Origin: Ignavibacteria bacterium
GTDB lineage: Bacteria > Bacteroidota > Ignavibacteria > UBA10030 > SZUA-254
Length of the DNA: 64,000 nt
Direction: 5' to 3'
Assembly (NCBI GenBank): GCA_031379665.1
Contig: JANNFI010000089.1
Location: forward strand, 18,170-82,169
The position numbers were made by a program, and so were the translations under genes. Below, piece by piece: positions 54,436 through 63,703 of the stretch. Position 1 is the first letter of the stretch. Each line of letters starts with the position of its first letter. The notes under the pieces are model-generated. The model saw only the letters and a program-made list of their open reading frames with translations. It searched no databases and was not told where the DNA came from.

Positions 54436-55292
54436 TGCGCCTCCTGACCGGGATCCTTCTCCTTCTCACGTCGCAGGCCGTCGTGCTCGCCCATCCGGGT
54501 ATCGGCATCGTCTCGGATTCCCGGGGGGTCATCTATTATACGGACCTCAGCCGGGTGTGGCGTATTTCTCCTGACGGCAAAAAGACTATCGCCGTTCCGG
54601 AGGTCCACACTCACGAACTCTGGTTCGATTCGCTCGACAACCTCTACGGCGAACACCTCTGGTACGAGGGCGACGCCACGGGGAAGTGGGGCCACCGGAT
54701 TTGGAAACGCTCCCCCGACGGCGCCGTTACTGACGTCATTCCTTCCCGCACCGGTTTCCGCGACGACTACGACGACTTTCACTTCGCGTGGGATCGGTCG
54801 GAAAATATGTACTGGACGGACGGGGACAGCGTGACCGTGATCCGGAAACGCGCGCCCGGCGGCACGGCGACAGACCTCGCACGGAGGACGATCCGGCGCG
54901 CCGGCTGGATGACGATCTCGCGGTCGGGTACGGTGTTCCTGGTCGACGGCGCCGACCTCATCGCCGTTTCGGCGGACGGGGCGGTGAGGACGGTGGCTCG
55001 GGGCGTCACCGCAGACGAGAGCGGGCGCGCCCCCGCAGACGAGAGACACTCAGTGATGGGTCTCTGGATGGACCGGCAGGAAAACATCTACGTCGCCCTG
55101 CCGGTGCGTGGATGCGTGAAGCGGATCTCCCCCGACGGCGCGGTGACGGTCCCGGACCGGAGCGCATCCCCCTGGAAACCCTCAGGAGGCCTCTTCGCGG
55201 CTAATGGCGACCTCTGGATCCTCGAATTCTCACCCGCCAACGCCGTCCGCGCACGCCAGGTGGGGCCGAACGGCGTCCCCCGGATCCACTGA
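54432..55292 (+). CDS. Secreted hypothetical protein (beta-propeller-like)
   Basis: Signal peptide MMRLLTGILLLLTSQAVVLA. The ATG overlaps the upstream stop (ATGA). Confidence 0.5.
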   Translation: MMRLLTGILLLLTSQAVVLAHPGIGIVSDSRGVIYYTDLSRVWRISPDGKKTIAVPEVHTHELWFDSLDNLYGEHLWYEGDATGKWGHRIWKRSPDGAVTDVIPSRTGFRDDYDDFHFAWDRSENMYWTDGDSVTVIRKRAPGGTATDLARRTIRRAGWMTISRSGTVFLVDGADLIAVSADGAVRTVARGVTADESGRAPADERHSVMGLWMDRQENIYVALPVRGCVKRISPDGAVTVPDRSASPWKPSGGLFAANGDLWILEFSPANAVRARQVGPNGVPRIH

Positions 55293-55375
55293 CCGCAACG
55301 ATTCCGGAACTTTATCGCCGGCGATTTCGTATTTTCCTGCAACAGGTTCGACTCACCTTCAACCACGATCAATCA

Positions 55376-56551
55376 ATGAAAACCCAGATTGTCCTCCCGC
55401 TCCTGGCCGCCTTCCTGGCCCTGGCCCCGTCGGCATCCTCCGCCCAATCAAACAGCCAGACGAACGCCATCTCCGGCGCGGGCGACGGCCTCTACTTCAT
55501 GTACTACGACTCGTCGCAGTCGAAGAGCACGATCGTCGAGTTCGACGATTTCGTCGTGCTGATCGAGGTGCCGGTCAAGGACCAGGGCGGAAGCGCGACG
55601 GTGCTCGAGGAGCACGCGGATGGTGGAGAAAAAGTCCTCCGCACGCTGAAGGAGCATTTCCCCACGAAACCGCTCCGCTACGTCATCCACAGCCACTGGC
55701 ATCCACACAGCATCTCCTCGGTTCTTCCCTTCATCACGAACGGCGTGACGCTGGTCTCGACGAGGAAGAATTTCGAGCGGCTGAAGGAGTTCGTCAGCCC
55801 CGACGATGTCGCGCGGTACGGCCAGTACATTGCGTTCGTGGACGGCGACTCCCTCGTCATCGGCGATCCCGGCAACCGGATCGTCGTCCATCGGTTCACG
55901 CAGGAGGAGTACCCGAACACGCCGTCGGCGGACTATCTCTACTGTTACCTTCCGAAGTACAACTACCTCCATTGCGCGTGCATGTACAACAAGTGGACGG
56001 GTGAGCCGGTCGACGGGAAGGAACTGCTGACCGGGCGGGAAGAGGACCTGAACCGGTTCCTCGCGGTGAGGAACATCAGGCCGGAGTACCTGATCCGGCT
56101 CAACAAGGAAAAAACAGAGACGAACGACATGCAGCCCTACGACGGTTTACGGGACGTCATGGAGAACGGCATCAGCGCGACCGCGCTGTCCGACGGCTAC
56201 CTCGCCCTCGACGAATCGACCCTTCGCGTCTCGCGCGACAGTCTCGTCCGCACTGTCGTCCGCGACCATATCCCGGTCTCTGTCATCAACCGGGCGGTCT
56301 ATTCGGCGATCGGAAGGAACGCGTATTCGAAGGCCGCGCAGCTGGCCCACCTCCAGGCGGCCGCGAACCCCTCCGACCCGAACGTGTGGGACACGCTCGG
56401 AGAGGTGCACTATTTCATCGGCGACACCCTGATGGCGCGGTCGTTCGGTAAACAGGCGAAGCTCATCTCCCCCTCGTTCGAGGGTGGAGGGGAAAACACA
56501 TGGCGGAAGAACCTCGCGGAACACCAGAAGAAAACGGGTGCAGGGAAATAA
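55376..56551 (+). CDS. Secreted MBL-fold-like hydrolase, hypothetical
   Basis: Signal peptide plus HSHWHPH, which resembles the HxHxDH motif. Confidence 0.45.
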   Translation: MKTQIVLPLLAAFLALAPSASSAQSNSQTNAISGAGDGLYFMYYDSSQSKSTIVEFDDFVVLIEVPVKDQGGSATVLEEHADGGEKVLRTLKEHFPTKPLRYVIHSHWHPHSISSVLPFITNGVTLVSTRKNFERLKEFVSPDDVARYGQYIAFVDGDSLVIGDPGNRIVVHRFTQEEYPNTPSADYLYCYLPKYNYLHCACMYNKWTGEPVDGKELLTGREEDLNRFLAVRNIRPEYLIRLNKEKTETNDMQPYDGLRDVMENGISATALSDGYLALDESTLRVSRDSLVRTVVRDHIPVSVINRAVYSAIGRNAYSKAAQLAHLQAAANPSDPNVWDTLGEVHYFIGDTLMARSFGKQAKLISPSFEGGGENTWRKNLAEHQKKTGAGK

Positions 56552-56572
56552 CGAACCGAAGGATCACCCCCG

Positions 56573-57577
56573 ATGCTCAAAAAATTCGCCATCGTCAATA
56601 ACGCGCTCGTCCCGGCCGAGTCGTCGGACTCGCCGGTACTCGTGTTCATCAACCCCGACGCTACAGAGGCGGAGCTGATTCGTAGCGGGTTCGACATCGA
56701 CGAACATTCCCTCCTGTCGGCCCTTGACCCGGACGAGGAATCCCGCATCGAGTCCCACGGTGAGAACATCACGATGATCTGGAAGCGCCCGATGAACTAT
56801 TCGGGTCAGGATAATTTTTATTTCAACGTCGCCTCCGTCGGGCTCTTTCTCGCCGGCGGCCGCCTCGCCGTGGTGCTCACCGAGGACGTCTCCATCGCGC
56901 CGACCGGCGCGCGCAAGTCCCAGAAACTCGGCTCCCCGCTCGACGTGCTACTCGCCTTCCTCACTGAGAACATCCACCACTATCTGGAACACCTGAAGGC
57001 GATCAAGTTGATCGGCCGGGACCTCCAGCAGAAGATCAACACCTCGATGGAGAACAGGCACCTGATCCAGATGTTCAACCTCACCGAGAGCCTGGTGTAT
57101 TACACGAACGCGATCAACGGCAACCACGCGGTCCTCGCGAAGCTGAAATCCCACGCCGAGAAGACCTTGCTCCCCGAACGGATGCGCGACCTCCTCGACG
57201 ACCTCATTATCGAGAACAACCAGTGCTTCCGCCAGACGGAAATCTACGCGACGGTCTTCTCGGGGTTGATGGACGCCCGCAGTGGGCTGGTCAACAACAA
57301 CATGAACGTCCTCCTGAGGAATCTCACGATCATCAACATCGTCTTCCTCCCCCTCAACCTCGTCGCCGGCATCGGCGGGATGAGCGAATTTACGATGTGG
57401 ACCAACGGCATCGACTGGAGGGTTTCATACTCCGTTCTCTTCGTGGCGATGCTTCTGATCGGTTGGTTGACGGCATTCTTACTCGGGAGGATGGGATTCG
57501 CGCAACAGGGAACCCAAAAACGCGTACACCGGCGAAAGCCCTCTTCACCTCAACAATCATCAGGAGTCAAACATTGA
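56573..57577 (+). CDS. corA: CorA-family divalent cation transporter
   Basis: Cytoplasmic N-domain plus two C-terminal TM helices. The GMN-like motif is GIGGMSEF. Confidence 0.7.
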   Translation: MLKKFAIVNNALVPAESSDSPVLVFINPDATEAELIRSGFDIDEHSLLSALDPDEESRIESHGENITMIWKRPMNYSGQDNFYFNVASVGLFLAGGRLAVVLTEDVSIAPTGARKSQKLGSPLDVLLAFLTENIHHYLEHLKAIKLIGRDLQQKINTSMENRHLIQMFNLTESLVYYTNAINGNHAVLAKLKSHAEKTLLPERMRDLLDDLIIENNQCFRQTEIYATVFSGLMDARSGLVNNNMNVLLRNLTIINIVFLPLNLVAGIGGMSEFTMWTNGIDWRVSYSVLFVAMLLIGWLTAFLLGRMGFAQQGTQKRVHRRKPSSPQQSSGVKH

Positions 57578-57810
57578 AACCACCCGTCACCGCAACACTC
57601 CTGCTCCTTGCGCTCATCCTGTTCGCCTCCTGCGGGCCCCGGAAGCCGGAAGCGCCAAATAGCATACCCCAGTATTCCATCGGGCAATTCTATAAGAACG
57701 CCCGAATCTTCGCCGGGGCCTTCTCGCCGGACGAGACGCGGCTCCTCGTGACGAGCGACCAGTCCGGCATTTTCAATCTCCGCGAGATCGCCATATTCAG
57801 AACGCCATGA
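57574..57810 (+). CDS. Small lipoprotein ORF resembling the N-terminus of a PD40/TolB-type beta-propeller protein (possible gene remnant)
   Basis: TTG start with AGGAG 8 nt upstream. Sequence is MKPPVTATLLLLALILFASCG...FSPDETRLLVTSDQSGIFNL. Start overlaps the corA stop and stop overlaps the channel start. Not listed as a separate ORF in the track. Confidence 0.35.
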   Translation: MKPPVTATLLLLALILFASCGPRKPEAPNSIPQYSIGQFYKNARIFAGAFSPDETRLLVTSDQSGIFNLREIAIFRTP

Positions 57811-58610
57811 GGGAGAACCTTCGTCGTTTCATCGAGAGCGGCCGCGTCCAGAACGGCATCGTCGCTCTCATCGTGCTGAACTCGGTCACGATCGGACTGG
57901 AGACGTCGGCGCCGGTCATGGAATCGTGGGGCGGCCTCCTCCTGACGATTGACGCCGTGATCCTCGCGGTCTTCGTCGCTGAAATGACGTTGAAACTCTT
58001 CACGTACGGGCTGTCGTATTTCCGCAGCGGATGGAACGTCTTCGACTTTCTCGTTATCTGCGTCGCCCTGCTGCCGACGTCCAATGGCTTGTCGGTCATG
58101 CGTGCCCTGCGGATATTTCGGTCGCTCCGCCTCATCAAGAACATCCCGAAGCTCCGGTTCATCGTGGAGGCGCTGCTGCATTCGATCCCCAGCCTGGGCT
58201 GGATCTTCCTCCTGCTGATCCTCGTGTTCTACGTCTTTGCGGTGGTCGGCACCAAGGCATTCGGGGCGGACTTCCCCCAATGGTTCGGCACGCTCGGTGC
58301 AAGCATGTACACGCTCTTCCAGATTATGACCCTCGAGGGGTGGGCCGAGATCGCCCGCGCAGTCCAGGTGCTCTACCCCGCCGCATACATCTTCTTCACC
58401 TCGTTCATCCTGATCTCCTCCTACACGACCCTGAACATCTTCATCGCGATCATCGTCAACACCATGAGCGAGATCCAGGCCGAGGCCGGGAGCAAAAACG
58501 TCCGTTCGATCGGGAGCATGATCGAGGGTGAAAAGGCGGAATTGAAGGAAGACCTCCTCGCGTTGAAGGACGCGATCAGCCGGATCGAGCAGAAGATCGT
58601 CGGACGCTGA
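57807..58610 (+). CDS. Bacterial voltage-gated ion channel (NaChBac/NavBac family)
   Basis: S4 with regularly spaced Arg (RALRIFRSLRLIKNIPKLR). Pore FQIMTLEGWAE resembles NaChBac TLESWAS. Six TM helices. Confidence 0.8.
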   Translation: MRENLRRFIESGRVQNGIVALIVLNSVTIGLETSAPVMESWGGLLLTIDAVILAVFVAEMTLKLFTYGLSYFRSGWNVFDFLVICVALLPTSNGLSVMRALRIFRSLRLIKNIPKLRFIVEALLHSIPSLGWIFLLLILVFYVFAVVGTKAFGADFPQWFGTLGASMYTLFQIMTLEGWAEIARAVQVLYPAAYIFFTSFILISSYTTLNIFIAIIVNTMSEIQAEAGSKNVRSIGSMIEGEKAELKEDLLALKDAISRIEQKIVGR

Positions 58611-58695
58611 TGATCCCCGGGGTCCAGCTCCTGTTTGAATTGCAGCGACCGACCCGTATATTTCTCAATTCCATCAACTAACCAAAAGACCCAAC

Positions 58696-59763
58696 GTGAC
58701 ACTGATCTGGTTCGGCTTCACCCTTTTCGTTCTTCTCCTCCTCGCGCTCGACCTCGGCGTCCTCCACCGCAAGGCCCACAGGGTGTCGATGAAAGAGGCG
58801 TTATGGATGTCCGCCCTCTGGATCGCGCTCGGGCTGGGTTTCACCGTCTTCGTCTACCACGGCTACGAGAACCACTGGCTCGGGCTCGGCGACACGATCG
58901 ACTCCGTCGACGGCGTGATCAACGACGGCGAATCGGCGGCGGTGAAATACCTCACGGGATACGTGGTGGAGAAATCGCTGAGCGTCGACAACATCTTCGT
59001 GATCGCGATGCTCTTCGGGTTCTTCGCCGTCCCCGACATCTACCAGCACAGGGTCCTCTTCTGGGGCATCATCGGCGCGCTGGCCATGCGGGCCGTGATG
59101 ATCGTCGTCGGCGCCGCCCTCATCGCGCAGTTCCACTGGATCCTCTACGTCTTCGGCGGATTCCTGATACTCACGGGATTGAAGATGTTCTTCATCGAAT
59201 CGGAGAATACCGACCCGAACCAGAATATCGTGGTCCGCACGACCCGAAAATTCTTTCCCGTCACGTCCCGCTATCACGGCGAGCATTTCATCGTCAGGGC
59301 GGGCGCCCCTGCTTCGCTCGAGGACGCATACCCCGGCGCGGCGCATCTCACGGACGAAATCGTCGACAGGACAAAGCCGGGGACGCTGATGCTCACCCCC
59401 CTCGCGATCGCGCTCATCATGGTTGAGACAACCGACCTGATCTTCGCCGTCGACTCGATACCGGCCATCTTCGCCATCACCGCAGACCCGTTCCTCGTCT
59501 TCACGAGCAACGTCTTCGCGGTGCTCGGCCTCCGTTCGCTCTATTTTGCTCTTGCGGGGATGATAACGAAATTCAGGTTCCTGAAGCCCGCGCTTGCGAT
59601 GGTGCTCCTGGTGGTCGGGGTCAAGATGCTCATCGCGCCATGGCTGAAAGAGGTGCTGGGCGAACATTTCAATTTCTACCTCCTGGGCGCGGTGCTCTTC
59701 ATCATTGCCGCCGGCGTCGCGGCGTCGATGCTCGTCCCCGCGAGGGAGGACCACCCCCGATGA
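58696..59763 (+). CDS. TerC-family integral membrane protein
   Basis: KSLSVDNIFVIAMLF and TDLIFAVDSIPAIFAIT are TerC signature repeats. Confidence 0.85.
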   Translation: MTLIWFGFTLFVLLLLALDLGVLHRKAHRVSMKEALWMSALWIALGLGFTVFVYHGYENHWLGLGDTIDSVDGVINDGESAAVKYLTGYVVEKSLSVDNIFVIAMLFGFFAVPDIYQHRVLFWGIIGALAMRAVMIVVGAALIAQFHWILYVFGGFLILTGLKMFFIESENTDPNQNIVVRTTRKFFPVTSRYHGEHFIVRAGAPASLEDAYPGAAHLTDEIVDRTKPGTLMLTPLAIALIMVETTDLIFAVDSIPAIFAITADPFLVFTSNVFAVLGLRSLYFALAGMITKFRFLKPALAMVLLVVGVKMLIAPWLKEVLGEHFNFYLLGAVLFIIAAGVAASMLVPAREDHPR

Positions 59764-60053
59764 CACTCCGTTCGTCCGGCTCGATGGTGAAGGGGCTGAC
59801 CGTCATCCCCGGTGTCGGTCCGTCGATTGCGAAGGACCTCGCCGACATCGGGATCCGGAAGGTCTCCGATCTGCGGGACAAAAACCCCGAGATCCTCTAC
59901 CGGAAGTCGAACCGCATCGCCGGCCAGGTCCAGGACCGGTGCCTCCTCTACGTCTTCCGGTGCGCCGTGTACTTCGCTGAGACGGATGGGAAGAAGCGCG
60001 ATCCCGAAAAATTGAAGTGGTGGAACTGGAAGGACGGTCGACTCCGTCGATGA
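59760..60053 (+). CDS. Small helix-hairpin-helix domain protein
   Basis: LTVIPGVGPSIAKDLADIGIRKVSDL is an HhH motif. The ATG overlaps the terC stop. Confidence 0.55.
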   Translation: MTLRSSGSMVKGLTVIPGVGPSIAKDLADIGIRKVSDLRDKNPEILYRKSNRIAGQVQDRCLLYVFRCAVYFAETDGKKRDPEKLKWWNWKDGRLRR

Positions 60054-60096
60054 GCAGACGCACCACACGACACGTACGATCATCCGGAGGTACTAC

Positions 60097-61029
60097 TTGA
60101 AATTCGCGATAGCCCTCTCGTTCCTCGCCATTGTCTTCACACTCACATTTCCGGAGACCCTCCACGCACAACAGGTCGCGGATTCCGCGTACAACCCTCC
60201 CCTCAGCGCGCCCTCCCACCGGCCGGGGGAAGGCCCGACGGTGATGATCGACGAGGCCCACCATAATTTTCATACCGCGTCGGAGCGATTTCTGGCGTTC
60301 GCGCGGCTCCTGGAGCGGGACGGATACGAGGTCGTCGCAAATGGTTCGAAGTTCACGCGCGAGGGTCTCGCCGGCGCGAGCATTCTCGTGATTTCGAACG
60401 CGCTCGCGGCGAAGAACACTGAGGAGTGGAGCCTGCCGACCCCGTCGGCGTTCGACTCCGCTGAGATCGCAGCCGTGCGAGACTGGGTGCACGACGGCGG
60501 TTCCCTCTGGCTCATCGCTGACCATATGCCCTTTCCCGGGGCCGCGGCCGGCCTCGCCCGGGAATTCGGGATCCTGATGTCGAACGGGTTCGCTCTCGAC
60601 GAAGGCGAACAGGACGGACGGATGCGATTCACCAGGGGAGACGGGTCCCTCGCCGACCACCCCATCACGCGGGGCGCGAACGGGTCGGGACCGATCGACA
60701 CCGTCATCTCGTTCACCGGCCAGGGGTTCCGGCTGGACGCGCCGGGACATCCGTTGATGACCCTCGGCCGCAACGTTGTCGTCCTGCTCCCCGAAGTCGC
60801 GTGGCAATTTTCGACGTTGACCCAGCGCATTTCGGGCTCCGGGTTGCTCCAGGGGGCCACTCTCGAACCGGGGAAGGGCCGCGTCGCGGTCTTCGGCGAG
60901 GCGGCGATGTTTTCAGCCCAGCTCGGCGGCCCCAACAGGGCGCCGATGGGGATGAACGATCCAACCGCCGGGCAGAACCACCAGTTTCTCCTCAACGTGG
61001 CGCACTGGCTCGACGGGACACTGAAATAA
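60097..61029 (+). CDS. Secreted hypothetical protein (DUF4350-like)
   Basis: Signal peptide MKFAIALSFLAIVFTLTFPETLHAQ. Family assignment is by eye only. Confidence 0.45.
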   Translation: MKFAIALSFLAIVFTLTFPETLHAQQVADSAYNPPLSAPSHRPGEGPTVMIDEAHHNFHTASERFLAFARLLERDGYEVVANGSKFTREGLAGASILVISNALAAKNTEEWSLPTPSAFDSAEIAAVRDWVHDGGSLWLIADHMPFPGAAAGLAREFGILMSNGFALDEGEQDGRMRFTRGDGSLADHPITRGANGSGPIDTVISFTGQGFRLDAPGHPLMTLGRNVVVLLPEVAWQFSTLTQRISGSGLLQGATLEPGKGRVAVFGEAAMFSAQLGGPNRAPMGMNDPTAGQNHQFLLNVAHWLDGTLK

Positions 61030-61073
61030 ACGGTCCCTCGGCCCATCGCCCGATCCATCAACGACAACGACCA

Positions 61074-61436
61074 ATGGCAAACATCTCACTCTACATCCTC
61101 CTCGGCCTCGTCGCCGGCGCCCTCAGCGGTCTGGTGGGAATCGGCGGCGGGATCGTCATCATCCCGGCGCTGATCTACTTCTTCGGGTTCACGCAGCACC
61201 AGGCGCAGGGTACCACGCTTGCGCTGATGGTGCCGCCGATCGGACTTCTCGCGGCGTGGACCTATTACGCTCAGGGGCACGTCGACCTGAAAATCGCGGG
61301 TTTCATCTGCCTCGGTTTCCTCGTCGGCGGCTATTTCGGGGGCAAACTCGCCGTCACGATACCTGCCGCATTGATGCAGAAGGTCTTCGGCGGATTCCTG
61401 CTGCTGATCTCGCTGAAGATGCTCTTCGCGAAATAA
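61074..61436 (+). CDS. Half-size TauE/SafE (DUF81)-like membrane protein
   Basis: MANISLYILLGLVAGALSGLVGIGGGIVIIPALIYFFG, about 120 aa, four TM helices. Confidence 0.65.
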   Translation: MANISLYILLGLVAGALSGLVGIGGGIVIIPALIYFFGFTQHQAQGTTLALMVPPIGLLAAWTYYAQGHVDLKIAGFICLGFLVGGYFGGKLAVTIPAALMQKVFGGFLLLISLKMLFAK

Positions 61437-61472
61437 GGCATACGCCTCATTACCGACATCCTGACACCACGC

Positions 61473-63683
61473 GTGAAAGCAATGCCGCACCCTCACCGCC
61501 TGCTCAGGACGATCCAGCTCCTGCTCCTCGCCGCGTCCACGCTCAGCGCCCAGGATCCGTCACCGACTCCGTATCTCGATGAACGGCTCGCCCCCTGGGA
61601 CCGGGCCACGGACCTCCTCTCACGCCTGACGACCGAAGAAAAGATTTCACTCCTCCAGTACAAACAGCCCGCCATAGCGCGACTCGGGATGCACGCCTAT
61701 AGCTGGTGGAACGAGGCGCTCCACGGCGTCGCGAGGAATGGACTCGCGACGGTGTTTCCGCAGGCGATCGGGATGGCCGCGACGTGGGATACGGCCCTCA
61801 TCAGGCGACAGGGCGACGCGGTCGCGGCGGAGGCGCGGGTGAAGTACGACCGGGCGCTCTTGGAGAAAGGAGCCACCGATACCTACCAGGGGCTGACATT
61901 CTGGTCACCCAACATCAACATCTTCAGGGACCCCCGCTGGGGACGGGGACAGGAAACGTTCGGTGAGGACCCGTTCCTCACCGCGTCGATCGGCGCCGCG
62001 TACGTCCGCGGCCTCCAGGGCGACGACCCGGTCTACCTGAAAACGGCGGCTACCGCGAAACATTTCGCGGTGCACAGCGGGCCGGAACATTCGCGTCACA
62101 GTTTCGACGCGGCCGCGCCCCCTCGGGACCTTCGCGAAACGTATCTCCCGGCGTTCGAACACCTGGTGAAATCTGCCCGCGTTGAGGCGGTGATGTGCGC
62201 TTATAATAGTATCGACGAACAGCCGTGTTGCGCGAACGATTCGCTGCTCAACGGCATCCTTCGGCGTGAGTGGGGATTTCGCGGGCACGTGGTCAGCGAC
62301 TGCTGGGCGATTTCGGATATGGTCGACGGGCATAAAACGCATTCCTCGGAAAAAGATGCCGCCGTCGCATCGCTGGCGGCCGGGTGTGACCTCTCCTGCG
62401 GACCGGAGATGTCCGCTATCACCGTCGCCCTTCAGGAAGGGCTCGTCACGATGGCCGCGATCGACAACGCCGTCCACCGGCTCCTCGTAAGCCGCGTCCG
62501 CCTTGGAATGTTCAGCGACCGATCGGTCCGCCCCTGGTTCAACACCAACGACCGGGAGCTGAATTCCCCGGAACACGACAGCCTCGCATTGCTCGTCGCC
62601 TCCGGGAGTATGGTCCTTCTCCGTAACGAAGACGGGATTCTTCCGCTGCCGTCCGGCATCGGCCGGATCGGCATCGTCGGACCGATCGCCTCCGACACCC
62701 TGGTCCTGCTGGGGAACTACAACGGCACGCCGGCCGACCCCGAGACCTTCCTCCGCGGGATTACCGATCACATCGCACCCGGATCAGAGATCGTATATAC
62801 GGCTGGCTACGCGATCCCCTGGGATTCCGCGTGGAAGGACGGAACCTCCGCGTCGCTGACGACATTTGCCTACACCGACCTCTTCGGCATCGACACGGTG
62901 ATCGTATTCGCCGGGATATCCGCGGCGCTCGAGGGCGAAGACGGCGATACCCGGAACCGGATCGGGGGATTCCATCGTGGCGACAGGACGACACTCGACC
63001 TCCCCTCAGACCAGAAGCGCCTGATCCGGGCGCTTCGTGATGCCGGTAAAAAGATCATCCTCGTCGTCACATCGGGGGGTCCGATATCACTCACCGAGGA
63101 GGTCGATCTGGTCGATGCCATCGTGCAGGCGTGGTACCCGGGACAGCGCGGCGGAACGGCGCTCGCCCGGTTGCTCTTTGGACTCGAAAGTCCTTCGGGG
63201 AGGCTGCCCGTCACCGTGTACCGGTCCGTCGCGGACCTCCCGGAATTCGAAAATTATTCCATGGAAGGAAGGACCTACCGGTATTTTCGCGGTGAGCCGC
63301 TCTTCGCGTTCGGCCACGGTCTGAGCTACGCGTCGTTTCGGTACGAGGACCTCCGCGTCGGGCCGGAATCGGTGGATCCAGGCGACACCGTGCGGTTGAC
63401 CGTCCGCGTCACCAACACGAGCGACCTCGACGGTGTCGAGGTCGTGCAGGCGTACGTGAACAAACCGGCCGACGACCGGACGAATCGGAGCCTCTGTGCG
63501 TACGCGATGGTGTTCATCCCCGCCGGCGGGAGCATCGACGTGGAGATGGCAATTTCCCCCGAACAATTGCGGTCGTTCGACCAGCGCGCCGGCGTGCTGG
63601 TCATCCGTCCGGGAGAGTACCGGCTGGGCGTCGGGCGCTCTTCCGGCGACATCCTGATCGAATCCCATTTATCCGTACATTGA
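61473..63683 (+). CDS. Glycoside hydrolase family 3 (BglX-like beta-glucosidase/xylosidase), secreted
   Basis: WNEALHGVARNGLATVFPQAIGMAATWD and the C-terminal domains are typical of GH3. Signal peptide present. Confidence 0.9.
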   Translation: MKAMPHPHRLLRTIQLLLLAASTLSAQDPSPTPYLDERLAPWDRATDLLSRLTTEEKISLLQYKQPAIARLGMHAYSWWNEALHGVARNGLATVFPQAIGMAATWDTALIRRQGDAVAAEARVKYDRALLEKGATDTYQGLTFWSPNINIFRDPRWGRGQETFGEDPFLTASIGAAYVRGLQGDDPVYLKTAATAKHFAVHSGPEHSRHSFDAAAPPRDLRETYLPAFEHLVKSARVEAVMCAYNSIDEQPCCANDSLLNGILRREWGFRGHVVSDCWAISDMVDGHKTHSSEKDAAVASLAAGCDLSCGPEMSAITVALQEGLVTMAAIDNAVHRLLVSRVRLGMFSDRSVRPWFNTNDRELNSPEHDSLALLVASGSMVLLRNEDGILPLPSGIGRIGIVGPIASDTLVLLGNYNGTPADPETFLRGITDHIAPGSEIVYTAGYAIPWDSAWKDGTSASLTTFAYTDLFGIDTVIVFAGISAALEGEDGDTRNRIGGFHRGDRTTLDLPSDQKRLIRALRDAGKKIILVVTSGGPISLTEEVDLVDAIVQAWYPGQRGGTALARLLFGLESPSGRLPVTVYRSVADLPEFENYSMEGRTYRYFRGEPLFAFGHGLSYASFRYEDLRVGPESVDPGDTVRLTVRVTNTSDLDGVEVVQAYVNKPADDRTNRSLCAYAMVFIPAGGSIDVEMAISPEQLRSFDQRAGVLVIRPGEYRLGVGRSSGDILIESHLSVH

Positions 63684-63703
63684 CCGCGACAACAGGGGAC
63701 CTC

